A stretch of 13,468 nucleotides of DNA from Gemmatimonadota bacterium (GCA_039586365.1 JBDHKN010000110.1:1-13468); one strand, 5' to 3'; counted from the stretch's first letter, positions 1 through 8,707 are shown. A program made the numbers and translations. The notes: generated from the sequence alone by a model not told the origin.

Positions 1-782
1 ATTGCGTCGTCACCCACCCTACCGGCGAGCACCACCCGATCACCCAACTGGCGCTCCGCAATTCGCTGTTCCAGGGTGGCCCTGAGCGGACCATCTCCCA
101 CGATCACCAAGCTGAGGGCAGTGCCGATCACCGCGTCGAGCAGAACGTCCAACCCTTTGTACGACACCAGCCGCCCCACGAACAAACCGATTGGCCCTCC
201 CGACGGTGGGGGCAGAAACTCTGGGCGTGCTGGGCTCTCCCCAGGCCTATACCGGGCGGCGTCCACCCCGTACGGGATGATCCGCACCTTGCTGCGTTCT
301 GCCGTGCCAATGTCCTCTGCGTGTCCGAGGTGTGAGTCGGTGGCGACCACGACAGCCTGCGCTCTGCGAGCCACCCACCGTGCCACCGGTCCATAGACCC
401 AACGTACGGCACGCTGCCGCTGAACATCTGAGTGATGGTGAATTACCAAGGGTCTCGCTGGACCCAGTGCTGCCGCCAGATCGGCGAGTGGATTGGGACG
501 ATGCACGTATACAACATCGGCCTGCCACCGTGCGGCGCTCAAGTAACCCGGGGCGATGGGCTGCGACCAGAGGATTCCGTGAGTGGGAAGCCTCACGACC
601 ACTACACCGTCGAAGGTCTCAGTTCTCCGCTTGCCGGGATCCTGCGCCCATGCCGATCCGGTGGCGCAAACGACCCGCACTTGGTGGCCTCGTTCAGCTG
701 CGCCTGCGGCCAAACAAGCGACCACCTGTTCCAGGCCGCCGGGGTCTGGAGGATAGAACTTGCTGAGATGGAGGATTCTCAC
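1..782 (-). CDS. Glycosyltransferase family 4 (GT-B), WfcD-like; 3' end truncated by the window edge
   Basis: Translated by hand, as it is absent from the ORF track (no stop in the window). GTG at 782..780 overlaps the TGA of the upstream gene (GTGA). It reads MRILHLSKFYPPDPGGLEQVVACLAAGAAERGHQVRVV...VVYVHRPNPLADL...VIHHHSDVQRQ...VRIIPYGVD...LFVGRLVSYKGLDVLLDA...LVIVGDGPLR and stays open for 260 codons to the edge. The K-F-Y-x-P-x-x-GG-x-E, H-x-PNPLAD and H-S-D-x-x-x-Q motifs are typical of WfcD-like GT4s. Confidence 0.9.
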   Translation of the reverse strand, partial: MRILHLSKFYPPDPGGLEQVVACLAAGAAERGHQVRVVCATGSAWAQDPGKRRTETFDGVVVVRLPTHGILWSQPIAPGYLSAARWQADVVYVHRPNPLADLAAALGPARPLVIHHHSDVQRQRAVRWVYGPVARWVARRAQAVVVATDSHLGHAEDIGTAERSKVRIIPYGVDAARYRPGESPARPEFLPPPSGGPIGLFVGRLVSYKGLDVLLDAVIGTALSLVIVGDGPLRATLEQRIAERQLGDRVVLAGRVGDDA

Positions 783-2245
783 TTCGCGGCCGCTAGCGGG
801 ACCTCGATCTGCCGTGCGGCGTCCGCCAGCGTTGGCTGCAGTAGCCCCATGAGAAGGTTGAAGTCGAGTAGTAGCGACTGGCGGCCGAGACGACGGCGCA
901 GATGCAGTTCACCGAGCCAACCAGCTCCCTCAAACGGACACACCACCTCCCATTCATCCAGCCCACGCTTGGGCCAGCCCTCCACAAACTCCTCCCCTTC
1001 GAGCCGCCATTTCCTAGCGTTGCCACGCCGCTCGCTCGCGGGGGCGACCATGAGGAGGATCGCATCGAATTCTGAACGGCTGAACAGAATGGCGAGTCCC
1101 GCTTTCAGGTCGTCCAGCGATCGGGCCGAACTCAGCCGTTCGGATGCGCGTCGCAGCTGCACGTTGGCCACGATCGAACGAGGCTTCCTAACGCCTTGGT
1201 GAGCCAGCCGGGCCAGTTCGTTGAACTCGGGAAGGTGCAGGCGTCGTGAAATCAACCAGACGCCCATGCCGATCACGAGCAGGGCTAGAGCGTAGCTGCG
1301 TTGCCCAGGATTGACGAACAGCATGGCTCCCATGGCAAAAGCAGCGCTGGCTGCATAAATGACCACCGTCACCTGCCTGGGCGAGAGACCGGCATCCGCC
1401 AACTGATGGTGGACGTGTTCCCGATCAGGCTCGAATATCGATTGACCTCGCACCAAACGCCGGAGGAGTGTTATTGTGGTGTCGAAGACTGGGACGCCGA
1501 ACGCCACCAATGGAACTGCGATCGCCACCAGTGTCGCGCCCTTGGTGGAAGCCTCAACGGCGAGCCCGGCAAGGAGAAAACCCGTCACCATACTTCCCGA
1601 GTCGCCGAGAAACACGCGCGCCGGCGGGAAGTTGAAGGGCAGGAACCCGAGCAGCGCTCCGGCGATTGCGGCAGTAACCAAGCCGATCCCCGGGTGTCCC
1701 AGGGTCAGCGAGACAAGGAAGATTGCTGCAGCAGCGAAGAACGCCGAGCCTGCAGCAACGCCATCGGCCCCGTCTAGCAGGTTGAATGCGTTTGTGATAC
1801 CGATTAGCCAGAGCACTGTGACTACCATACCGAGCGCGGGACCCAAATCGATCGATCCCAGCGGCAGGGAGAGCAACTCTACTCGCACACCGAGCACCCA
1901 CATACCCAGCGCCACCACGATCTGTACAGCGAATTTCACGATCGCCTTGACGACGCGGACGTCGTCCACCACTCCGAGAACGAGAATAGCGGCAGAGCCG
2001 AGCAACACCGGGCCAAGAGAACCCGAGGTAGCCAGCAGCGTGTTCCCGGTTGGAGCGAAGATGACCCCCACGAGGAGCAGTGATGTGCCCCCCCCCAACG
2101 ACAGGGCAAGGCCACCCACACGAGGTACCGGTGGATCACGAGTATCGTCGAGGGCACCCAGGCGTTGGCCTATTGCCCCCGTCAGCGGGATCAACAGCGC
2201 CGTGGCCCCGGCAGCCACCAGGAAGACGAGCAGGTACGAGCCCAA
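779..2245 (-). CDS. wecA: WecA/TagO-like undecaprenyl-phosphate HexNAc-1-phosphate transferase (polytopic PGT, MraY/Glycos_transf_4 superfamily) with a C-terminal soluble extension
   Basis: 488 aa with about 10-11 hydrophobic segments. Motifs: PRVGG, GVVDD, ITNAFNLLDGADG, FNFPPARVFLGDSGS, and RR...FEPDREHVHH (the WecA HIHH-type loop, not the MraY MAPxHHH motif). TTG start with a GGTGGGA SD-like sequence just upstream. Residues ~334-488 are hydrophilic. Confidence 0.9.
   Translation of the reverse strand: MGSYLLVFLVAAGATALLIPLTGAIGQRLGALDDTRDPPVPRVGGLALSLGGGTSLLLVGVIFAPTGNTLLATSGSLGPVLLGSAAILVLGVVDDVRVVKAIVKFAVQIVVALGMWVLGVRVELLSLPLGSIDLGPALGMVVTVLWLIGITNAFNLLDGADGVAAGSAFFAAAAIFLVSLTLGHPGIGLVTAAIAGALLGFLPFNFPPARVFLGDSGSMVTGFLLAGLAVEASTKGATLVAIAVPLVAFGVPVFDTTITLLRRLVRGQSIFEPDREHVHHQLADAGLSPRQVTVVIYAASAAFAMGAMLFVNPGQRSYALALLVIGMGVWLISRRLHLPEFNELARLAHQGVRKPRSIVANVQLRRASERLSSARSLDDLKAGLAILFSRSEFDAILLMVAPASERRGNARKWRLEGEEFVEGWPKRGLDEWEVVCPFEGAGWLGELHLRRRLGRQSLLLDFNLLMGLLQPTLADAARQIEVPLAAAK
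2088..2096 (-). repeat. G9 homopolymer (C9 on + strand) inside the wecA-like CDS, codons 50-53
   Basis: The + strand reads gtg-ccccccccc-aacg. The coding strand reads TTG GGG GGG GGC (Leu50-Gly-Gly-Gly). It is the longest homopolymer I found in the window. Confidence 0.9.
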
Positions 2246-2437
2246 GTTCTATCCCACCATGGTTAATGGAACGCTAGTAACAGTGGTCAAGAGAACGATC
2301 TTGTCAACGGTGAGACACGCTGCAGTGCCGGATCCAACAGCCCTGCAGAGGAACAGCAACGCCCTGACCATCGTGCAGTTGCGCGTACGGCGATTCCATT
2401 TGGCCCTACCCACGACCGAGACCGGCGCACGGCTAGC
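2246..2437. promoter_or_regulatory. Divergent promoter region between the wecA-like gene and wzx
   Basis: A 192-bp gap between head-to-head genes. The minus strand has a perfect TTGACA (2307..2302) and a TTGACC (2290..2285), but only weak -10 candidates (e.g. CACTGT at 16-nt spacing). A short inverted repeat CAAGA-N6-TCTTG lies at 2288..2303. Exact promoters cannot be assigned. Confidence 0.5.
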
Positions 2438-3805
2438 TTGAGCCGCTCAGCACGCTTCCGCAGCGGCCAGCCGGATGGCACGGGGACGAAGCCGCTCCAT
2501 CAGCTGCTTTCCGTCCGTCTGGTAGCCTGGTCAGTCTTCGGAGCCGGCTCCCACGCCTTCTTCGGGGCGGTAACGACCGTCATCCTGGCTCGCGGCCTCG
2601 GAGCTCGAGGCCTGGGAGCATACGGCGTCTTCCTCGCGGTTGCTTTCCTACTCAATCAGATGGGTGACCTCGGACTGGGCACCGCATACGTCCGACTCGC
2701 CACTCCACTGTTCCAGGGCTCGTCGTCCGCACGCTCCCTAACCTGGACCTTCCTATACGTTCGGTTGTCGGCCGTAGGCAGCTTGGCATTGCTCGCGTTC
2801 GTCGCAAGGGAACTGCTGGAGCCGGCTCGCTCCGTTGGGCTGGCTTCCTACGTTGTTCCGGGGGGCGCCGCTGCAGTCCTCATGGCCTTGGGCAGTCACT
2901 ACTCTGAGGTCCTGCGGGCTCGGCTGGCGCACCGCAAGTCCGCAGCTGTTCGCGCCGTCCTCGCAGCGACTCGTACCGCTGTCTACCTGACGCTGCTAGC
3001 CACCGGCGCTCTAACAGTATCCCGTACCATCGCCGTCGCGGTTCTGCTAGTCGGCCTCGAGTCCGCGACCCTTGCAGCACTCGCTCATCGGGGCGCCGGA
3101 CTATGGCCCCCCGGGGCACCGCGAATCGAGCGGAGCTGGACGGTGCTCTCAGGATGGCTGTTCATTACCAGCGCCAGTTCAGCCTTGCTTACTCACACCG
3201 ACACGCTGCTGCTCGCTGCACTGAGTGGCGACATGGAAACGGGACTGTGGGTGGGTGCCAGCCGTCTGGTCGGGCCAATTCCTCTTCTTGTCGGGGCTGT
3301 GTGGAGTGTCGTGTTGCCGATCTCTCTGGCGCTCACTGAGCCAGCCAAGCTGCAGCGTTACCTGGTCCTGTCGCGGCGTACGGCTGCTGCCGCTCTCATC
3401 CTCGCAGCCGCTGGCACTTTGCTCATGGTCCCAGCAGTCGAGTTGATTTTCGGACCGGAGTACCGCCAGGCCGTTGCAGCGGCCCGCTGGCTCCTGATCG
3501 GCTTCGGTGCAAACGTGGCTGCGATCCTCTACGGTGGCCTCGTCCATCGGCTGGGACTGGAAAAGAAATTGGCGTGGGTGAGCGTCGTACTGCTGGTCGG
3601 CAACGGAATCGGCGACGTCGTGTTGATCCCACCGTTCGGCGCTGCGGGGTGCGCGGTCGTGACGGCAGTTATTATGTTCGTCGGAGCAGCCTGGGCCGTC
3701 TGGCATGTGGAGCGGTCCAGAGAAACCTTGCTCTCCGGAATCCCACAGAATGGAGCGACAGCCAGTGACAGCGTTGCGACCGGTGTGATCGTCGTCGAGC
3801 CATGA
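2438..3805 (+). CDS. wzx: Wzx-family (MOP superfamily) polysaccharide repeat-unit flippase
   Basis: 455 aa and very hydrophobic. Family-typical segments: ILARGLG..GLGAYG..LAVAFLL...GDLGLGTAYVR, HTDTLLL...ETGLWVGASRL, LIFGPEY, and GN..GDVVLIPPFGAAGCAVVT. The TTG start is uncertain. The stop overlaps the next start (ATGA, 3802..3805). Confidence 0.85.
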   Translation: MSRSARFRSGQPDGTGTKPLHQLLSVRLVAWSVFGAGSHAFFGAVTTVILARGLGARGLGAYGVFLAVAFLLNQMGDLGLGTAYVRLATPLFQGSSSARSLTWTFLYVRLSAVGSLALLAFVARELLEPARSVGLASYVVPGGAAAVLMALGSHYSEVLRARLAHRKSAAVRAVLAATRTAVYLTLLATGALTVSRTIAVAVLLVGLESATLAALAHRGAGLWPPGAPRIERSWTVLSGWLFITSASSALLTHTDTLLLAALSGDMETGLWVGASRLVGPIPLLVGAVWSVVLPISLALTEPAKLQRYLVLSRRTAAAALILAAAGTLLMVPAVELIFGPEYRQAVAAARWLLIGFGANVAAILYGGLVHRLGLEKKLAWVSVVLLVGNGIGDVVLIPPFGAAGCAVVTAVIMFVGAAWAVWHVERSRETLLSGIPQNGATASDSVATGVIVVEP

Positions 3806-5250
3806 GAAACCTCGTCCTGCTGATCCCCTTTCTGGCGGCGATTGCTGCAGTTGCCACGAAGGATCGCGTCCTCGCAGTGCTAATCCTCTTCTGTTACCTC
3901 ACAGTCGAAGGAATGCTCAAGCTGATGTCCAGTTACCACCCACTGGTGCACATCGGAACTGACATCGTGTTGTGGAGCATGGTGGCTGCCTGGGCCGCGA
4001 TCGCGCTGGCGTCTGGACGGAAACGGGTCCCGCGGGTCCCGTTTCTCACCCTGCTCATCCTGCACGTGACGTGGGTGCTGCTGCTTGTATTCAGTCCCTA
4101 TACCGCGAGTCTCTTCGTAGGCATAGCGTCACTCAAGATCCACCTCTCGATGATCCCCCTCTACTTCATCGGCTTCATGCTTGCGGCCGACGCCAGCGCC
4201 CCCGGGCGATTCCTGCGGGTGCTCACGCTGTTCTGGACCGCAACATTCGTGTTTACGCTACTACAATACGCGGGCGGACCAGATAGCATGTTGGATCTGG
4301 GCGAGGCATACCGCCTACGGGCGAGCTATTTCCACGAGTGGCGCCCCTTCGGTACGACATCGTTACCCGGCGGGCAGTCGGTCATCGCCCTGTTGGCACT
4401 GCCGTTTGCCATGTACCTGGCATTTCGAGCGGAGCACGCCTGGCGCGACTGGCGAATCATCGCGACCATAGTGGCTAGCCTCGCGGTGTTCTTTGTCTCG
4501 GGAGTGAGACAGGTCTTCTTGGGATCCTTGGTGATCGTCGTGACGATGACTGGCTTACAGGTGATGCGGGGCCGCGGCCGCGCCGTGACCGGGCTAGTCG
4601 CAGTCGGAGCCCTGGGAGTGGCCACGTTCATCGCGGTCCAGCAGTTCATCGTACCGGCAGCAAGACGGTCGATTCAGGAAGCGACCGGTGTGCCCGAAAT
4701 TTGGCGGGATAGAGATGTGGTCGATCGATTCGGGTCGCTGCTGGACCCTGAGACCTATGCCAGGGTTCGAGCCGGCGGCGTCCGGCTCATCTGGAATCGA
4801 ATAACTGAGGCACCCCTAGGTGTCGGCCTCGGGCGTACTGGATCAGCAGCGTCTGCACTTCAGGACCAACTGGAGCGAGATGCGTTCAACAAGATGTTGC
4901 AGGACCGGTTTGGCTTTCAGGACAACTTCTTCGCCGCCATGCTGGTGGAGACCGGCATACCCGGAACCCTCATGCTGACAACCATCCTGGTCGGCTTGGG
5001 CGTACTCTCGGTGCGCCTTGCACGTCGCGCAGCGACGAGAGAAGACAGTGCCTTCGGTGCACTGGTTGCAGGTTACATACTGGCCCTGCTCGTGATGTCG
5101 TGGGGATCTCAGCCACTGCTGGGAAACCCGACACTCGCCTTCTTCTGGTTCCTCGGCGGCATGGCCATGGGTCGGCTGGATGCAGTCACACTAGACGCCA
5201 ACGCCGAGTTCGCGGCAGCGGATGGAACCGGCTACATCACGAGGCGGTAG
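3802..5250 (+). CDS. Wzy polymerase / O-antigen ligase-like integral membrane protein
   Basis: 482 aa with about 11-12 hydrophobic segments. Motifs: RPFGT..LP, VSGVR, a large loop ending in PLGVGLG, DN.F...LVETGIPG and a C-terminal FFWFLGG, which match the Wzy_C/O-antigen-ligase layout. It is coupled to wzx. Polymerase and ligase cannot be told apart from sequence alone. Confidence 0.8.
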   Translation: MRNLVLLIPFLAAIAAVATKDRVLAVLILFCYLTVEGMLKLMSSYHPLVHIGTDIVLWSMVAAWAAIALASGRKRVPRVPFLTLLILHVTWVLLLVFSPYTASLFVGIASLKIHLSMIPLYFIGFMLAADASAPGRFLRVLTLFWTATFVFTLLQYAGGPDSMLDLGEAYRLRASYFHEWRPFGTTSLPGGQSVIALLALPFAMYLAFRAEHAWRDWRIIATIVASLAVFFVSGVRQVFLGSLVIVVTMTGLQVMRGRGRAVTGLVAVGALGVATFIAVQQFIVPAARRSIQEATGVPEIWRDRDVVDRFGSLLDPETYARVRAGGVRLIWNRITEAPLGVGLGRTGSAASALQDQLERDAFNKMLQDRFGFQDNFFAAMLVETGIPGTLMLTTILVGLGVLSVRLARRAATREDSAFGALVAGYILALLVMSWGSQPLLGNPTLAFFWFLGGMAMGRLDAVTLDANAEFAAADGTGYITRR

Positions 5251-5382
5251 TGCCGCACCCTGCGTTGCGACCTCGCCGTGCACGCCTCTCCCACACACTG
5301 GCAGCCCAGATCAACCACAGCTCCTCCAGGCCCCAACTGATGGCGGCCCGGGACCACTGCTGAGCTGAGGCGGGGGAACTGC

Positions 5383-6561
5383 GTGAAGACACTCCAGATC
5401 ATCCTCGTACTGCCGGAGTCTCCACTACCCTTCGGAAACGCGGACTCGCGGTGGTACTACGTGCTGATCCGCTCGCTCGCGGAACTCGGGCACTCGGTCA
5501 CGGCTTTTGCGGCATGCAGCACCTCGAGTGACGTCGAGAGAACTCGCGAGTGCTTCCCCTCGCCACATTACGACGTCCGCCCATACCCCCACGAGCGGCA
5601 GAGCGGTACAGCACTCAGGAAGTGGAACAGCTTCACACAACCCTATTCATATGTGTTCAGCCGGAAACTGCGAGCCGATCTCGCGAACGAAATCAAACGT
5701 GGTTGCGATATCCTGCATCTGGAAGGGCTCTGGTCGGGCTGGATTGGCCTGTCGCACCCCGAATGCGCCCTCCTCAATCTGCACTACCTGTTTGAGATCG
5801 ATCTCGCATCAGCCCCAGTTGCGGGAATCACCGGCCACGCACTCAAGCATGCGACCCGACGGGGGGAAAGGCGTCTGCTAAGACACTACCCTCACATTGC
5901 TACGCTCACACCGCGATTGAGTGCGCGGGTGCGACAGATCGCACCGTCGGCCAGAGTTCATACGGTACCGATCGCACTGGACTTGACTCTCTATCCCTTC
6001 AATCCAGCAGTGCCAGAGCGCCCTATCCCGATAGTGACGCTCATCGGATCGTTCAATTGGTACCCTACACGAACCGCTGGATTCCGTCTCGTCGAGCAAC
6101 TGTGGCCGCTGATCAGAGACCGAGTTCCGGAAGCTAGCCTCAGGCTGGTCGGCAGGCATGCCAAGTCAGTATTAGGGCGTTTCAGCAACATGCCGGGCGT
6201 ATCGATTCACGACAGCGTTCCCGACATAGTGCCGTATTTCACCGAGAGCGACGTCATGCTCTACGCTCCGACCGAGGGAAGTGGCATGAAGGTCAAAGTG
6301 CTGGAAGCGTTCGCCCTCGGCGCTCCCGTCGTGACGACGCCGGACGGGGTGGAGGGTATTCCGGCCGTCGATGGCGTGCACGCTGGAATCGCGGCAGATG
6401 ACGAGGGACTCGTGGAGCGCGCGGTCGCTCTGCTGAGCAATCCCGCGCTGCAAATAGAGCGCCGACTTGCGGCCCGCGCACTCCTTGAGGAATACTGTGC
6501 GCCATCCCGCATTCTGGGCATCCTGCAGAACGTGTACGGCTCTATCATCGGAGTAACGTGA
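5383..6561 (+). CDS. Glycosyltransferase family 4 (GT-B)
   Basis: 392 aa. Motifs: LIRSLAELGHSVT, LIGSFNWYPT, LRLVGR, VPDIVPYF..SDV, and GSGMKVKVLEAFALGAPVVTTPDGVEGI (the GSG-K-K-LEA subtype of GT4). GTG start with a purine-rich upstream sequence. Confidence 0.9.
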   Translation: MKTLQIILVLPESPLPFGNADSRWYYVLIRSLAELGHSVTAFAACSTSSDVERTRECFPSPHYDVRPYPHERQSGTALRKWNSFTQPYSYVFSRKLRADLANEIKRGCDILHLEGLWSGWIGLSHPECALLNLHYLFEIDLASAPVAGITGHALKHATRRGERRLLRHYPHIATLTPRLSARVRQIAPSARVHTVPIALDLTLYPFNPAVPERPIPIVTLIGSFNWYPTRTAGFRLVEQLWPLIRDRVPEASLRLVGRHAKSVLGRFSNMPGVSIHDSVPDIVPYFTESDVMLYAPTEGSGMKVKVLEAFALGAPVVTTPDGVEGIPAVDGVHAGIAADDEGLVERAVALLSNPALQIERRLAARALLEEYCAPSRILGILQNVYGSIIGVT

Positions 6562-7737
6562 GTGCGAGTCGCCTTTGACGCTCGTTCTCTGAGCGCGCCA
6601 GCGCCACGCGGCTGGGACCGATATCTGATCGGGCTCGCCCGAGAGTTGCGACGGTCCGGAATCGAAGTCGTACTGTTGCACCGTGAGCGGGAGCCGCTTC
6701 AAGCGGAGCACCTACGGGGACTCGACTGTGCAGTGGTGGGGCTGGCCGATAGTGGTGGCGTTCACTGGGAGCAGTTCGCTGCGCCTCGCGCGCTACGCAA
6801 GGGTGACTTCAGTCTATTCCACGCTCCAGCTGAACACGGTGTACCGTTTGTCTCGGCCGTTCCCACCGTGCTGACGATCCACAGTGTAACCGTGCACAGC
6901 TACATCGAGTTAGTTGCAGGCGGCATGCTTCCTGGAAAGGCCTCTGACTACCTCGGCCCCGCCGCCGACCTACGTCGCTGGACCTGGGCGAACCTGTACT
7001 GGCGCCTGCAGATCCGCCGAGCAAGTCACATCCTGACACCGTCACGCTATGCCAAGGCAGAAGTACACAGGTTTCTCCGGATTCCCGATGCGCTGGTTGA
7101 CGTGACCCCACTTGCCGTCGACGATCAGTTCACCCGACCCGCAAAGTCGAGTGCAGAGATCAGCAACACCCTCAAACGCCTAGGGATCCGATCTCCTTAT
7201 CTCCTCTTCGTTGGTGGTTACGAGCCACACAAGAATGTCCGCGGGCTGCTGGATACCTTCGTCGCCATACGGGCATGGCGTCCCGACCTTGCGTTGGTGC
7301 TCGTTGGGACAAAAGGAGTACCGGTGGAAGTCGCCGAGAAAGTGAGAAAGTGCGGGCTCAGGCCGGGCGCAGACGTCCACATGTTGGCTGATCTGACCGA
7401 CGACTTGGCCGACCTCTATGACGGAGCCGAGTTGTTCGTCACACTCTCGTGGCGCGAGACATTCTGCCTACCGGCGCTCGAGGCCATGACTCGCGGGGTC
7501 CCAGTTGTGGCGAGTCGTTGGGGAGCAACACCCGAAGTAGTTGGTGACGGTGGGAGACTCGTAGACCCAAGGAAGTCCAAGGAGGCCGCTGACGCGATAG
7601 TAGAGATCCTCAGCTCTCCTGCGTGTCGGGAGAAGTGGGTATCCAAGGCCCTGACGGCAGCCAGACGATTCAGCTGGCAGGATACCGCCAGCAAAACACT
7701 GACCGTTTATCAGTCGCTCGTATCAGGAGGCGCATAG
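6562..7737 (+). CDS. Glycosyltransferase family 4, MtfB/WbpY-like (possible mannosyltransferase-type)
   Basis: 391 aa. Motifs: MRVAFDARSL...GWDRY, VLTIH, ILTPS, YLLFVGGYEPHKNVRGLL, and ETFCLPALEAMTRGVPVVAS...PEVVGDGG.LVDP...FSW..TA..TL.VY with an intact EX7E. The GTG directly abuts the previous stop, with GGAG 8 nt upstream. Confidence 0.9.
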   Translation: MRVAFDARSLSAPAPRGWDRYLIGLARELRRSGIEVVLLHREREPLQAEHLRGLDCAVVGLADSGGVHWEQFAAPRALRKGDFSLFHAPAEHGVPFVSAVPTVLTIHSVTVHSYIELVAGGMLPGKASDYLGPAADLRRWTWANLYWRLQIRRASHILTPSRYAKAEVHRFLRIPDALVDVTPLAVDDQFTRPAKSSAEISNTLKRLGIRSPYLLFVGGYEPHKNVRGLLDTFVAIRAWRPDLALVLVGTKGVPVEVAEKVRKCGLRPGADVHMLADLTDDLADLYDGAELFVTLSWRETFCLPALEAMTRGVPVVASRWGATPEVVGDGGRLVDPRKSKEAADAIVEILSSPACREKWVSKALTAARRFSWQDTASKTLTVYQSLVSGGA

Positions 7738-7741
7738 GCCT

Positions 7742-8707
7742 GTGTCACAGCTGACCACGAGTGTGCTGATCCCCAGCTACAATCGGCCGGACTCACTGCA
7801 GCGTTGTGTCACGAGTCTGGTGGATCAGACTATACCTCCGGGAGAGGTGATCATCGTATGGCAGTCCGATGACGTCGCCACTGAGACGACAGCCACTCGC
7901 CTCGCCAAGGATCTGCCCGTACACATCACAGTCCTGAATTCGGAGACGGCCGGCGTGGTACCGGCCGAAACCGTCGCGAAGGAAGCGGCAACCGGAGATG
8001 TGCTGCTGCTGATCGACGACGATGCGACAGCTCCGCACGACTGGATTGAGCGTCACCTACGGCACTACGAGGATTCCTCCGTCGGAGCCGTGGGCGGCCC
8101 GGCAGACAACTACCACATGGACGGCACGCCGTTCCCACGACGGGACGCTGAGCCCACCGGTCAACTCACCTGGTACGGTAAGCTCGTGGGCAACATGTAC
8201 GATCAGCCGAACGCCTGGCGGCAACGCCCCCCCGTCGACGTGCATCACCTGGTGGGTTACAACATGAGCATGAGGCGCTCCGCAGTGACGCGGTTCGAGG
8301 AGGCGTTGAGACCCTATTGGCAGAATTTCGAGGTCGATGCCTGCCTCCAGATCTCAACAGCGGGGTACCGCATAGTCTTCGACTACGGCATCGTCATCAA
8401 TCACTACCCTCTCAATCAGGCATACACAGAAGGGCGAGACGGCGATCTACAGATCAAGATCTTGAATGCCGCTTACAACCGCAGCTTCGTACTGGCAAAG
8501 TGGAGCCCCTGGTATCTCCGCTTGCCCCGACTCGCGTACGCCTTCGCCGTCGGCACTGTGGGTCAGCCTGGTCTGCTCGGATCCCTTGTCGCGTGGCAGC
8601 GATTCGGTAACATCTCACTGGAGTTGAAGCTGCTCTTGGAAACCTGGCGCAGCCACATGGCTGGCTGGGCCAACGGCTCAAAAGCGCGTCACGAGTTGAT
8701 TCGCTGA
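7742..8707 (+). CDS. Glycosyltransferase family 2 (GT-A)
   Basis: 321 aa. Motifs: SVLIPSYNRPDSLQRCV.SL..QT, EVIIV, GDVLLLIDDD (DXD), VGAVGG, GYNMSMRR and FEVDACL....GYRIVFD....NH. AGGAGG at 7725..7730 precedes the GTG. Confidence 0.9.
   Translation: MSQLTTSVLIPSYNRPDSLQRCVTSLVDQTIPPGEVIIVWQSDDVATETTATRLAKDLPVHITVLNSETAGVVPAETVAKEAATGDVLLLIDDDATAPHDWIERHLRHYEDSSVGAVGGPADNYHMDGTPFPRRDAEPTGQLTWYGKLVGNMYDQPNAWRQRPPVDVHHLVGYNMSMRRSAVTRFEEALRPYWQNFEVDACLQISTAGYRIVFDYGIVINHYPLNQAYTEGRDGDLQIKILNAAYNRSFVLAKWSPWYLRLPRLAYAFAVGTVGQPGLLGSLVAWQRFGNISLELKLLLETWRSHMAGWANGSKARHELIR

Noticed and set aside
432..1202. 256-aa plus-strand ORF, and the other short ORFs in 76..766
   Set aside because: They lie antisense or out of frame to two well-supported minus-strand genes and show no recognisable features.
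779..2245. Annotation as mraY
   Set aside because: It has the WecA-type HVHH loop rather than MraY MAPxHHH, and sits in a polysaccharide locus with no mur/fts neighbours.
2246..2260. In-frame ATG GTG GGA TAG AAC just upstream of the wecA-like TTG (possible readthrough or premature stop)
   Set aside because: The same bases form a well-spaced SD for the TTG, and the protein already begins with a complete first TM helix.
1476..2441. 321-aa plus-strand ORF
   Set aside because: It is an antisense shadow of the hydrophobic wecA-like gene, with a low-complexity T/S/A/P composition and no motifs. Such ORFs are expected in GC-rich DNA.
5243..5250. GGCGGTAG, an ops/JUMPstart-like 8-mer
   Set aside because: It is made of the last codons and stop of the wzy-like gene and lacks the rest of the ops/JUMPstart consensus. 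Roughly one match is expected by chance in a GC-rich window of this size.
5250..5363. 37-codon ORF starting at a GTG that overlaps the wzy-like stop
   Set aside because: It has no motif, no TM segment and no coding-like composition, so it cannot be distinguished from chance.
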